In this document: in pieces, positions 36,082-48,439 of the stretch
Numbering within the stretch: the first letter of the stretch is position 1
Layout: every line of letters starts with the position of its first letter
Program-made: the position numbers and the translations under genes
Assembly: GCA_030390025.1 (NCBI GenBank)
Contig: CM059431.1
Coordinates: 133,860,001-133,924,000 of the forward strand
Reading direction: 5' to 3'
Origin: Squalus acanthias
Lineage: Eukaryota
DNA length: 64,000 nt
The notes under the pieces: model-generated
What the model was told of the DNA's origin: nothing
The model's database searches: none
Seen by the model: the letters and a program-made list of their open reading frames with translations, nothing else

Positions 36082-39000
36082 AAACTTAGAAACATAGAAG
36101 ATAGGAGCAGGAGTAGGGCATTCGGCCCCTCGAGCCTGCTCTGCCATTTAATGAGATCATGGCTGATCATCCAAATTCAGTACCCTGTCCCTGCTTTCTC
36201 CCCATATCCCTTGATCCCTTTAGCCTTAAGAAATATATCGAACTCCTTCTTGAATATATTTAATGAATTGGCATCAACTGCCTTCTGTGGTAGAGAATTC
36301 CACAGGTTCACCACTCTCTGGGTGAAGAAATTCTTCCTCATTTCTGTCCTAAATGGCTTACCCCTTATCCTTAGACTGTGACCTCTGGTTCTGGACTCCC
36401 CCACCATCGGGAACATCCTTCCTGCATCTGGTCTGTCTAGTCCTGTTAGAATTTTATAAGTTTCAATGAGATCCCCTCTCATTCTTCTAAACTCTAGCGA
36501 ATACAAGCCCAATCGTCCCAATCTCTCTTCATACGTCATTCCTGCCATCCCAGGTATCAGTCTGGTGAATCTTCGCTGCACTCCCTCCATGGCAAGAACA
36601 TCCTTCCTCAGATAAGGCGACCAAAACTGCACACAATACATAAGGTGTGGTCTCACCAAGGCCCTGTACAACTGCAACAAGACATCCTTGCTCCTGTACT
36701 CGAATCCTCTCACTATGAAGGCCAACATACCATTTGCCTTCTTAACCACCTGCTGCACCTGCATGCTTACCTTCAACGACTGGTGCACAAGGACTCCCAG
36801 GTCTCGTTGCGCTTCCCCTTTTCCCAATCTATTGCCGTTCAGATAATAATCTGTCTTCCTGTTTTTGCCACCAAAGTGGATAACCTCGCATTTATCCACA
36901 TTATACTGCATCTGCCATGCATCTGCCCAATGACCCAACTTGTCCAAATCATACTGGAGTTTCTCTGCATCCTCCTCACAACACACACGCCCACCCAGCT
37001 TTGTGTCATCTGCAAACTTAGAGATATTACATCTAGTTCCCTCGTCTAGATCATTAATATATATTGTGAATAACTGGGGTCCTAGCACCGATCCCTGCGG
37101 TACCCCACTAGTCACTGCCCGCCACTCGGAAAAAGACCCGTTTATTCCAACTCTTTCCTTCCTGTCTGCCAACCAGTTCTCTATCCAAATCAGTACCTTA
37201 CCCCCATCCCATGTGCTTTAACTTTGCACGCTAATCTCTTATGCGGGACCTTATCGAAAGCCTTCTGAAAGTCCAAATACACCACATCCACTGGTTCTTC
37301 CTTAACCAATCTACCAGTTACATCCTCAAAAATTCCAGTAGATTAGTCAAGCATGATTTACCTTTTGTAAATCCATGATGACTTTGTCCGATCCTGTCAC
37401 TGTTTTCCAAGTGCTCTGCTATTACATCTTTTGTAATGGACTCTAGCATTTTCCCCACTACCGATGTCAGGCTTACCGGTCTATAATTCCCTGTTTTCTC
37501 TCTACCATCTTTTTTAAATAGTGGGGTTACATTAGCTACCTTCCAATCTATGAGAACTGTTCCAGAGTCGATAAAATTTTGGAAGATGAGCAGCAATACA
37601 TCTACTATTTCTAGGGCCACTACCTTAAGTACCCTAGGATGTAGATTATCAGGCCCTGGGGATTTATCGGCCTTCAATCCCGTCAATTTCCCTAATACCA
37701 TTTCCCTACAAATACTGATTTCATTCAGTTCCTCCCTCTCATTAGACCCTATGTTCCCCGACATCTCTGGGAAGTTATTTGTGTCCTCCTTTGTGAAGAC
37801 AGAACCAAAGTATGTATTTTATTGGTCTGCCATTTCTTTGTTCCCCATTATAAATTCCCCTGATTCTGACTGCAAGGGACCTACGCTTGACTTCGCCAAT
37901 CTTTTTCTCTTCACATATCTATAGAAGCTTTTACATTCAGTTTTTATGTTCCTTGCAAGCTTACTCTCATACTCTATTTTCCCCCTCTTAATTAATCCCT
38001 TTGTCCTTCTTTGCTGAATCTTAAACTGCTCCAATCCTCAGGTTGCTGCTTTTATTGGCCAAATCATATGCCCTCTCCTTGGATCTTATGCTATTCCTAA
38101 TTTCCCTTGTTAGCCACGGTTGAGTCACCTTTTTTGTTTTATTTTTATGCCAAACAGGGATGAACAAATTCTGTAGTTCATCCATGTGATCTTTAAATGT
38201 TTGCCATTGCCTATCCACCATCAACCCTTTAAGTAACATTCCCCAATCCATCCTAGCCAATTCGCGCCTCATACCATCGTAGTTTCCTTTATTTAAATTC
38301 AGGACCCTAGTCTCTGAGTCAACTACTTCACTCTCCATCTTAATGAAGAATTCTATCATATTATGATCGCTCCGACCCAAGGGATCTCGCACAACAAGAT
38401 TGCTAATTAATCCTTTCTCATTACATAATACCCAGTCTAAGATGGCCTGATCTCTAGTTGGTTCCTCGACATATTGGTCCAGGAAACCATCCCGTATACA
38501 TTCTAGGAATTCCTCTTCCACAGTATTGTTACTAATTTGGTTAGCCCAATCTATATGTAGATTAAAGTCGCCCATGATAACTGCTGTGCTCTTATTGCAC
38601 GCTTCTCTAATTTCCCTTTTAATGCCATCCCCAACCTCCGTATTACTGTTTGGGGGTCTATACAGCACTCCCACTAGCGTTTTCTACCCCATGGTGTTTC
38701 TCAGTTCTACCCATACAGATTCCACATCATCAGAGCTAATATCCTTCCTTACAATTGTGTTAATCCCCTCTTTAACTAGCAATGCTACCCCACCTCCTTT
38801 TCCTTTTTGCCTATCTTTCCTGAATATTGAATACCCCTGTATGTTGAATTCCCAGCCTTGGTCACCTTTGAGCCATGTCTCCGTAATCCCAATTATATCA
38901 TATCCGTTTACATCTATTTGTGCAGCTAATTCATCCACCTTATTACGAATGCTCCTTGCATTAAGACACAAAGCCTTCAGGCTTGTTTTTTTAACACTCT

Positions 39001-39366
39001 TAGACCTTTTAGAATTATTATTTACTGTGGCCATGTTTGATTTACACCCTTGATTTCTCTGCCTTCCACTTTCGCTTTTCTCCTTCCTGTCTTTTGCTTC
39101 TATCCTTGCTTCCCTTTCCTCTGTCTCCCTGCACAGGTTCCCAACCCCCTGCCATTTTAGTTTAAACCCTCCCCAACAGCACTAGCAAACACTCCCCCTA
39201 GGACATCAGTCCCGGTCCTGCCCAGGTGCAAACCGTCCAGTTTGTACTGTTCCCACCTCCCCCAAAACCGGTTCCAATGTCCCAGGAATTTGAATCCCTC
39301 TCCCTTGCACCATTCCTCTAGCCACGTATTTATCTGAAATATCCTTCTATTTCTACTCTGTCTAGC
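36082..39366 (-). mobile_element. CR1 family A, ORF1 end through 3' tail
   Basis: ORFs 39157-39384, 38021-39034, 37318-38034, 36177-37172; TSD-like ACTC(A/C)TAG. Confidence 0.95.
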
Positions 39367-40011
39367 ACTCCTAGGCAGGAGCATTGGAGTTGTGGAGGGG
39401 AGTCATGAGCCAGGTGGAGAGCGGATAGCCCTTGTCTCCGACCAGCCAGCCGTGAGCTTGACATGGTGGCTGGAAGAGTGCTGGCACACCAGTCTGGTGC
39501 AGGATGAAGGCATCGTGCCTGCTGCCAGGATAGCGAGCATTGACATTGAAGATTAGCTGTCTGTGGTCGCACACCAACTGCACATTAAATGAGTGGTGGC
39601 CTTTGTGGTTACAAAAGATCTTAGGATTGTTATGCAGTGCCCGCAAAGCCACGTGGGTGCAGTCAATGCTGCCCTGCACCATGGGGTATCCCGCTATCCT
39701 GGCAAAGCCACATGCAAACTCTTCCTGCTTCTCTGATGGAGAAGGAAATGTAGTCCCTTCTCCTACTGTAGAGATTTTCTGTGACCTCCTGGATTCAGCG
39801 ATGGACAGCGAACGGCAAGATGTTAGCGATATCTCCTGTTGCAGACTAGAAGGATCCGCTGGCAAAGAAATTGAGGGCAACAGTGACCTGGACTGCCACT
39901 GAGGGAGCTGTGGTCACCCTGATCTGAGGCTGGAGGTCTGGTTGCAGGAGGTGGAAGAGTTCTGTGACCACCTCCTTGGTGAAGTGGAGCCTTCTAATAT
40001 ACTGCTTCTTA

Positions 40012-40121
40012 TAACATTACAACAGTGACTCCATTTCAAAAGGACTTCATTGGCTGTAAAGTGCTTTGAGACGTCCAGTGGTCATGAAAGGCGCTATGTA
40101 AATGCAAGTCTTCTTTCTTTC
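40012..40121 (+). mobile_element. DeuSINE (SacSINE1-like) 3' fragment
   Basis: ACAGTGACT..TTCAAAAG.ACTTCATTGGCTGTAAAG..AAAGGCGCTAT.TAAATGCAAG then (TCTT)n; family assignment from memory. Confidence 0.65.
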
Positions 40122-42254
40122 TCGCTTAATTGGAGGTAGCAGAGGTGCTCTCAGAATACCCTCGGAGGGTAAGGCCTCCTGTTGAGAGCCCTGATGGCCC
40201 TCCTCCTCCCTCTGGCCACATGTTACAATCTTTCTCGCTGCCTCCACTCCCTCCACTGTAGATCCTGGAGGGTGAGGTCACTTGCAAGGTTAGCCCCCAT
40301 TAATGTAACGAAGTGTAGCAGTTTGATTTTTTAAAGAATAAATGTAGCTACTTTTTAGTTGCCACAACACTCTGGATACTAAATAACCTTGAAATCACAG
40401 AATGAGACTGTTGCACTATGTGAAACTGACAAGAAAGCACTGAAACTCCACTGACCTGCAGCTGCAACTCATTACTGATGATCCCTTTAAATAACATCCC
40501 TGGAGCCAGCTTCCTGGTGCTTCACATCAGCTCTCCCTGTCGATGTTTCCTCCAGGTGCTAAGGTAGGTGGCAACAATCAATTTTGCAGACCGGGCGGTC
40601 CATGAGCATTGCAACTCACTGGCATCATGATCCACCTGGCGTTGAGGCTCCCGGCGATAACGGTTGGCGGCGGTGTTGCGGGGGGGGGGGCGGGATTTGG
40701 CGTGTGGCGCTGGATTCTTCTCGCCCTGGCGATAATGCTCTAGTGCCACATTAACGCCATCTGCTGGTGCTAATGGGAGGCGCTAAAGTAGCCAATTTTC
40801 CCCCCCTTAGTATTGGTAATGAAATAGCGCTGGAGAAATTAATGGGGCTGAAAGCCGACAAAACCCCTGGACCTGATGGCCTACATCCTAGGGTTTTTAA
40901 AGAAGTGGCTGCAGAGATAGTGAATGTATTGGTTTTCATTGTCCAGAATTCACTTGATTCTTGAACGGTCCCAGCGGATTGGAAGGTAGCAAATGTAACC
41001 CCACTATTTAAGAAAGGAGGGAGAGAGAAAACAGGGAACTATAGACCAGTTAGCCTGAAATCACTGGTAGGGAAAATGCTAGAATCTATTACTAGGGACG
41101 TGGTAACAGGGCACTTAGAAAATCAAAATATGATTGGGCAGAGTCAACATAGATTTATGAAAGGGAAATCGTGTTTGAAAAATCTGTTAGAGTTTTTGAG
41201 GTTGTAACCAGCAGGGTAGATAAAGGGTAACCAGTGGATGTGGTGTATTTGGATTTTCAAAAAGCATTCGATAAGGAGCCACACAAGAGTTTATTACACA
41301 AAATTAGGGGTCATGGGATTGTGGGTATATATTGAGGATTGGTTAACGGACAATCTCTAAGCAGAGTTGAGAGGCTATAGAATTCACTTCCAGTGTTAGT
41401 GATTGACACAGAAATTAAGTCAATATTCAAGATTCGACTGGATAGGTGGATAAAGGAAAAAGGGGTGAAGGGATATGGGAACAGAGTGGATAATGTGATT
41501 AGGACTATTTGCTCATGTGGAGGGTAAACACCAATACAGACTGGTTGGGCCAAATGGCCTGTTTCCATGTTGTAACTTCTATGTATTTCTATGCATGCTT
41601 GGTGTTCATTGCATGCCACGTTTTAATTGTGATAGCAGCACTGCAGACTGTGCTGTAAAACGTGGGCATGCCTGTGCACTTGGAAAATAAATGAACAGTT
41701 GTCAGTGCTGTTCATTCTCCCTGTATGATGCTGCCCCAAATTTAGACTGAAGTGCTATTGAGATGCCTTGTAAGACAACATTGTTGGTTTATGGAAAGTG
41801 TAAGCACACTTACCTTAGCAACCTTGCATCGCCCAGCGGATTTCTTACTTACTTGCTACCAGGTCTATGGAACAGGTAACAAAGAATACCTCTATCCAGA
41901 TTGTTCTAGCAGTATTTTTGATTGTAAGATTCTCTCTGCTCCAGAAAGATTCACCCTTCTCTGCAACACCTCCAAAGCAGCATCTTTGAATGGTGCTGTT
42001 CTGTCTCTATGCCTTGCTCCTGCCACTTTGTAAATTTGAAGGCAGTTCAGTTCCTTCTAAGGGTGACTAGCAACACTTTAAGAGTTGCTTAAGCTGAATA
42101 TTTCAGGCCAGCCGCTGTATGCTCCCAGTGTGTCATACATTGCCAGCACAGCCAAAATTGTATTTAAAGATCAACCAGCAAGCAGCAAACTGGGATGTTT
42201 ATAAGAAAAGTCATTTGTCAGTAGAACCATACTGGAGTTCCCCCCCTACACCAC

Positions 42255-42442
42255 ACCACCTCTCCACCTCCTTCTCTTCCGTAAGATCTTCCTTAAAATC
42301 CACCTCTTTGACTAAGTTATTTGTCACCTCTCCTAATATCTCCTTCTGTGGATCAACCACCGTTTTTTTGATTACACCTCTGTGAACTCCCTTGGGATAT
42401 TTTTATACTTTAAAGGCACAATATAAATGCAACTTGTTATTA
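42255..42442 (+). mobile_element. Degenerate L2 3' end
   Basis: Resembles 21400-21590. Confidence 0.6.
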
Positions 42443-42562
42443 CAGAAAATTCCAGCAAGCTGGTTAAATAATGGCCAAAATTGTAGAGACAGATGCATTT
42501 GCTAAATGTTTTCTTCTAATATGTAAACATATGCCACCTTCTTGTAGATTTTAATGCAATAC

Positions 42563-42666
42563 CTTCAGTTCTCTAGCTACGTTCTTCGTACATGGTATTT
42601 GAGACATAGCAGCTCTAGCCATTATACGTCGCCTAAGTTCCTCTTCTATGCTTTCAGTCAAGCCTT
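42563..42666 (-). CDS. Internal exon of - strand host gene (GLTESIEEELRRRIMARAAMSQIPCTKNVARELK)
   Basis: Acceptor ttctattatag, donor AAG|gtattg, 104 nt, phase 1 to 0. Confidence 0.75.
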
Positions 42667-44284
42667 CTATAATAGAACCATAAGAAAACAGTTCAGAAAA
42701 TACATACAAGACTTAAAAATCAAGTAGATATTGAAACAAAGTACAGCGTATAGTAGTTTATGCATTTATAATATAAATTGATATACAACTGCAGCTCATT
42801 TAAAAATGTGTCAAGATACGTGTTACTATTAACCCTTTATTATTTTACTAATTAAACAATTAAGTATACTGCTTTGTCCTGGATGGCGTTGAACCTCTTG
42901 AGCGTTGTTGCAGCTGCATCCATCCAGACAAGTGGAGAGCTCCAAACACGCCAAGGGGAAGTGGTTAGGCTCTCCCTTGTTGGAGATGGTCATTAGCTGG
43001 CATTTGTGTGGCATGAATGTTACTAATCAGCTCCGGTCTGGATGCTGTCCCCTTATTCCGCTTTCCTTCAACCACCTAGCTAACCTATTCATAAATGTTG
43101 ATATAGATTGGGAATTTCTTTGCAGTTGCTCCTGCTCTGCCACCGTAATTTCACTAGAGGTGTGGCAGAAACCCCATTTACACGTGTAAACGAGGCTGCA
43201 TTTCCATGAAGTTACAGCAGCAGAACAGGAGTGGCTCAGAGGAAATTCCTGGCTATGGTCTTTACTTAAATCACTAATTCCAGTAGTACATTCCACAGCC
43301 TCATAACCCTCTGTGTTAAAAGGTTTCTGCTGCTCTCTGTCCTAAATCTCTTAAATTTAATCTTATATTTATGTCCTCTCGTTTTGGACCCTTCAATCAC
43401 TGGAGTTTGTGTCTAACTACTCTTCATAATTTTAAAAACCTCTATCAAATTACCCCGTAAGCCCATCTGTTCTAACGATAACTTACCCAACAATAAGTCA
43501 GGCCATGAAAAAGATGTGGACCTCTTGGCATGACACTTTACCTTACCAGAAGATTTCCTACCTGCAAGGTGATATTATTGAATACATTCAACTAGCTGTG
43601 AATCCTTAAACCGAAATACTCGGAGTCATAGCTCAGCCTGCTTCAATGGGCGGAATTTTCCCAGTGCCGCACGTGCGGGTTTGGGGGCGGGTCAGCAGTA
43701 AAAATCGCGGAAATTGCCAGCACGTCGGGAACCCGCCGCCATCCTGTCGACTTCCGCATTTAACTTGGGCGCAATTCCCAGCACGCCACGGACCTGCTTG
43801 GGAGAGGCAGGCAACCTCATTGAAGTACTTAAATGCTTGTTGAGAGATCATTAAGAGGCTTTTTAACATCAGGTTTTGGCTTTAACTTCTTGAGCACGGG
43901 ATTCATGCACCTTGGGAACCTCGCCTGTGAATGGGAGGCAGAAGCTCAGTGGCCATTGTGCGAGTCCATTAATTGACAGCTAGGAGAAACACATAATTAC
44001 TCCCACATTATACCTGCTTCCTTGCCTAATGGAAAGGCTCTTGCTGACTCCATTTTGTGCAGAGATTTAGTTGTCAGGAGTTTGCAGGTAATTTCTGCAA
44101 CCTCGGAAGTCACTCTCACCACATTGCTAGTCACTATCAGAACATTGAGGGATTGGACCTCTGATCTCCACTTTACCTGCCATCTATTAGAACTTGTGAT
44201 GTGGAGATGCCGGTGTTGGACTGGGGTGGACAAATGTGAGAAGTCGCACAACACCAGGTTATAGTCCAACAGCTTTATTTGAAA

Positions 44285-44321
44285 TCACAAGCTTTCGGAG
44301 CGCTGCTCCTTCGTCAGGTGA
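44285..44321 (-). ncRNA. Minimal hammerhead ribozyme motif in Penelope 3' repeat
   Basis: TCAC CTGACGA A GGAGC-AGC-GCTCC GAAAGCTT GTGA. Confidence 0.8.
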
Positions 44322-46875
44322 AGTGAAAAGATACATATCGGCACAGCATATATAGTCAGAGAACACTGCCAGATGATTACAGTTAATCTTTCTAACTGCC
44401 CTTTATCACACCTCGGCAGAGAGATAATCACGGCAATCAAAGGTGTGGATGGTGTCCAAACAGGTCAGTCAGGCAAACATTACATCAAAGACAATGAGGT
44501 GGGGTCACAAGGGGTCAAATGTGGCAGATGCTGGGGTCTGTATGGAAAACAAAAGACTTTTTTTGCTGGAAATCACAGCAGGTGTAGAGAGAACAAGCCA
44601 ACGATGACTCGAGTTTGGATGACTCTACGTCAGGTGGGGTTACATGTAGCGTGACATGAACTCAAGATCCCGGTTGAGGCCGTCCTCATGGGTGCGGAAC
44701 TTGGCTATCAGTTTCTGCTCGACGATTTTGCGTTGTCTTGTGTCTCGAAGGCCGCCTTGGAGAACGCTTACCCGAAGATCGGAGGCTGAATGTCCTTGAC
44801 TGCTGAAGTGTTCCCCGACTGGGAGGGAACACTCCTGCCTGGCGATTGTTGCGTGGTGTCCGTTCATACGTTGTCGCAGTGTCTGCATGGTCTCGCTGAT
44901 GTACTATGCTCCAGGGCATCCTTTCCTGCAACGTATGAGGTAGACAACGTTGGCCGAGTCACATGAGTATGTACCATGTACCTGGTGGGTGGTGTCCTCA
45001 CGTGTGATGATGGTATCTGTGTTGATGATCCGGCATTTCTTGCAGAGGTTGCCGTGGCAGGGTTGTGTGGTGTCGTGGTCGCTGTTCTCCTGAAAGCTGG
45101 GTAATTTGCTGCGAACGATGGTCTGTTTGAGGTTAGGCTGCTGTTTGAAGGCGAGTAGTGGAGGCGTGGGGATGGCCTTAGCGAGCTGTTCGTCGTCATC
45201 GATGACATGTTGAAGGCTGCGAAGAACATGGCGTAGTTTCTCCGCTCCGGGGAAGTACTGGACGACGTAGGGTACTCTGTTGGTTGTGTCCCATGTTTGT
45301 CTTCTGAGGAGGTCTATGCAATTTTTCACTGTGGCCCGTCGGAACTGTCGATCGACGAGTCGAGCGTCATATCCCATTCTTACGAGGACGTCTTTCAGCG
45401 TCTGTAGGTGTCCATCGCGTTCCTCCTCGTCTGAGCAGATCCTGTGTATTCGCAGGGCTTGTCCATAGGGGATGGCTTCTTTAACGTGGTTAGGGTGGAA
45501 GCTGGAGAAGTGGAGCATCGTGAGGTTGTCCGTGGGCTTGCGGTAGAATGAAGTGCTGAGGTGTCCGTCTTTGATGGAGATTCGTGTGTCCAAGAATGAA
45601 ACCGATTCTGAGGAGTAGTCCATGGTGAGTTTGATGGTGGGATGGAGCTTGTTGATGTTATCGTGTAGTCTTTTCAGTGATTCTTCACCGTGGGTCCATA
45701 GGAAGAAAATGTCGTCGATGTATCTGGTGTATAGCGTTGGTTGGAGGTCCTGTGCAGCGAAGAAGTCTTGCTCGAACTTGTGCATGAAGATGTTGGCGTA
45801 TTGGGGTGCGAATTTGGTCCCCATGGCTGTTCCGTGTGTTTGGGTAAAAAACTGGTTGTCGAAGGTGAAGACATTTTGGTCAATGATGAAGCGGATGAGT
45901 TGTAGGATGGCGTCTAGAGATTGGCTGTTGTTGGTGTTGAGTACTGAGGCTGTCGCAGTGATGCCGTCATCGTGGGGGATACTGGTGTAGAGTGCCGAGA
46001 CGTCCATCGTGGCAAGGAGTGTTCCTGGTTCAACTGGTCCGTGGGTGCTGAGTTTCTGTAAGAAGTCTGTAGTGTCGCGACAGAAGGTGGGGGTTCCCTG
46101 TACGATGGGTTTCAGGATGCCCTCAACATACCCAGAGAGGTTCTCACACAGGGTTCCGTTGCCTGATACGATAGGACGTCCGGATGTGTTGGCTTTGTGT
46201 ATCTTTGGGAGGCAATAGAAGTCCCCCACACGGGGAGTACGTGGGATGAGAGCGCGTAGGATGCTTTGAAGGTTTGGATCGAAGGTCTTGATCAGTCTAT
46301 TGAGTTGGCGGGTGTGTTCTTTGGTCGGATCTGCGGGTAACTGTCTGTAGTGTTCCTGGTTGTCCAGTTGTCGGTATGCTTCTTTGCAATAGTCCATTCT
46401 GTTCTGTATGACGATGGCTCCTACTTTGTCCGCTGGTTTGATGACGATGTTGCGGTTGGTCTTGAGAGCGTGGATGGCATTGCGTTGTGCTCAGGTGACA
46501 TTCTGGACTGTCTTGTGAGTGCACCTGATGAATCTGGCGTTGATGCATCTCCTGGCAGCTTGAGCATACATGTCAAGCTTGGGGCAGCGACCCTCCGGAG
46601 GGGTCCAATTTGACTCTGCTGTGATTTCCAGCAAAAAAAGTTTTTTGTTTTCCATACAGACACCAGCATCTGCCACATTTGACCCCTTGTGAACCCACCT
46701 CATTGTCTTTTGTGTAATGTTTTCCTGACTGACCTGTTTGGACACCATCCACACCTTTGATTGCCGTGATTATCTCTCTGCCGAGGTGTGATAAAGGGCA
46801 GTTAGAAAGATTAAATGTAATCATCTGGCAGTGTTCTCTGACTATATATGCTGTGCCTATATGCATCTCTTCACT

Positions 46876-46912
46876 TCACCTGACGAAGGAGCAGCGCTCC
46901 GAAAGCTTGTGA
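46876..46912 (+). ncRNA. Minimal hammerhead ribozyme motif in the inverted repeat copy
   Basis: Identical motif on the + strand. Confidence 0.8.
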
Positions 46913-46969
46913 TTTCAAATAAAGCTGTTGGACTATAACCTGGTGTTGTGCGACATCTATTAGAACAGC

Positions 46970-48152
46970 ATGGGTGCTGCTTATACTGTCTCACCTTGGG
47001 CCTCAGAATCGGACCAAGATGAGCCCCAGCACCAACAGCACCAGCCACACCAGCAGCAGCAGCCACAACACCAGCAGCAGCAGCAACCACAACAACAGTC
47101 TTCTCCTCAACAACCTGATGCTCCACAGGAGAGAGGGCGTCAGTGCAGGGCTGCACTGCGCCGGAGTCGATACACAAAACACAGGGTATACAGGCAGAGG
47201 ATGAGTTTCCTGGACATAACTGAGCAGCAGTGCTTCAGGAGGCGCAGGCTATTGCGCCAGGTCATCGCAGACATTTGTAGCTTGCTGGAGCAAGACCTGC
47301 TGCCAGGAGGACCTGGTGAGCACACCTTACCAGTGGCTGTCAAAGTCACCACCGCCCTCAATTTCTTTGCCTCAGGCTCCTTCCAGGGATCTGCAGCAGA
47401 CATTTGCAGGATATCGCAGTCAGCTGCCCACAGATGCATCGCCCAGGTGACCGATGCCATGTTTCACAAGTCAGCCAATGATGTCAACTTTGCCACTGAA
47501 GAAGCCAGTGTTATTGAGCGGGTGCTCGGCTTTGCTGCTCTGGCTGGCTTCCCACAGGTACAGGGCATCATCGACTGCACTCATGTGGCCATCCAGGCAC
47601 CCTCACATCATCCAGGAGTGTTTGTGAACCGCAAAGGCTACCACTCCCTCAATGTGCAGCTCGTCTGCAACCATAAAAAGATCACCATGCATGTGTGCAC
47701 CAGATTCCTTGGCAGCTGTTAAGACTCTTTCATGCTACGCCAGTCCACCCTCCCTCGTTACTTTACATCTCCAAGCAGACTTACCGGCTGGCTGCTTGGA
47801 GACAAGGGCTATCCTCTGAAGACGTGGCTCATAACACCTTTGAGGAGGCCAAGTAATGAGGCCGAGGAGTGTTATAATGACAGCCATATGTCCACCAGGA
47901 GCCCTTCAGTATGCACCAGCCAGGGTCTCCAGAATCATCGTTGTTTGCTGCGCGCTGCACAATATAGCGCAGCAGCGAGGATTGGAGCTGCAGGAGGAGC
48001 AAGGCGCAGAGCGCACAGCCTCTTCAGAGGAGGAGGAGCAGGAACAAGTGGAAGACGAGGAGGAGCAGAAGTACGAACCTGAGGTGGAGGTGGCACCAGC
48101 AGCAATGCACATTGCTGCCCGGGAGGGCCTCATAATGGCCAGATTTACTTAA
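46970..48152 (+). pseudogene. Harbinger transposase with N-terminal Q/H/P-rich tract
   Basis: 250-aa ORF including IIDCTHVA, stop at 47720, LLGDKGY, deletion of the IEQTIG..RFRCL segment near 47897, CCALHN. Confidence 0.92.
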
Positions 48153-48439
48153 TTTGCTCCAGTGAACCCATATGGATGCCACATGCTGTACTAACTCCAC
48201 CCCCAACAACACCACAAAGCAGCCCTACAATGACCAAGCCATTCCTCTCACTGAAACCCCCATAGCTCGAGGTTAAGTAATGTCTCACCATTCACGCCAA
48301 GTGACAAGGCCACTTCCCAGATAGCAGGCAAAAATGGACAAGATGGAAAAGTGGTGCAAAGAAATAAATTTATGTGCATCATAAATAGAACTGAAACTTA
48401 ACATTAACATTTTTTGATACACCCATGTGCATACACTTG

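Larger units (their letters stand above)
35730..40300 (-). pseudogene. Harbinger transposase interrupted by CR1-A and a SINE fragment
   Basis: IDCTHVAL, YPGSRHDAF and VGDKGY (39371-39880); VIEQTIGLLK and CCMLHN (35790-36075). Confidence 0.9.
33405..40806. mobile_element. Full-length Harbinger (about 4.1 kb without inserts)
   Basis: TIRs GGGCTAGAAATT / AATTTTCCCCCCC. TSD TTA is confirmed against the interrupted CR1. Confidence 0.93.
31868..41355 (+). mobile_element. Older CR1 (family D), split into 31868-33404 and 40807-41355 by a Harbinger
   Basis: EN then RT sequence resumes at ..GAAATTA | TTAGTATT.. Confidence 0.88.
44194..46953 (-). mobile_element. Penelope-like retroelement (RT + GIY-YIG), 5'-truncated, with inverted terminal repeat
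   Basis: ORF 44904-46397 (LPKIHK, GTAMG, RYIDD, C-x4-CxxC linker, NVVYLIRC) continues after one stop into 44640-44888 (LRQRMNGH..GLN). 13-bp TSD CATCTATTAGAAC (44181-93, 46954-66). Confidence 0.95.

Noticed and set aside
46970..47722. Domesticated HARBI1 or a host poly-Q gene
   Set aside because: Lies within TIRs and a TSD, has a stop, and has lost the catalytic Glu segment
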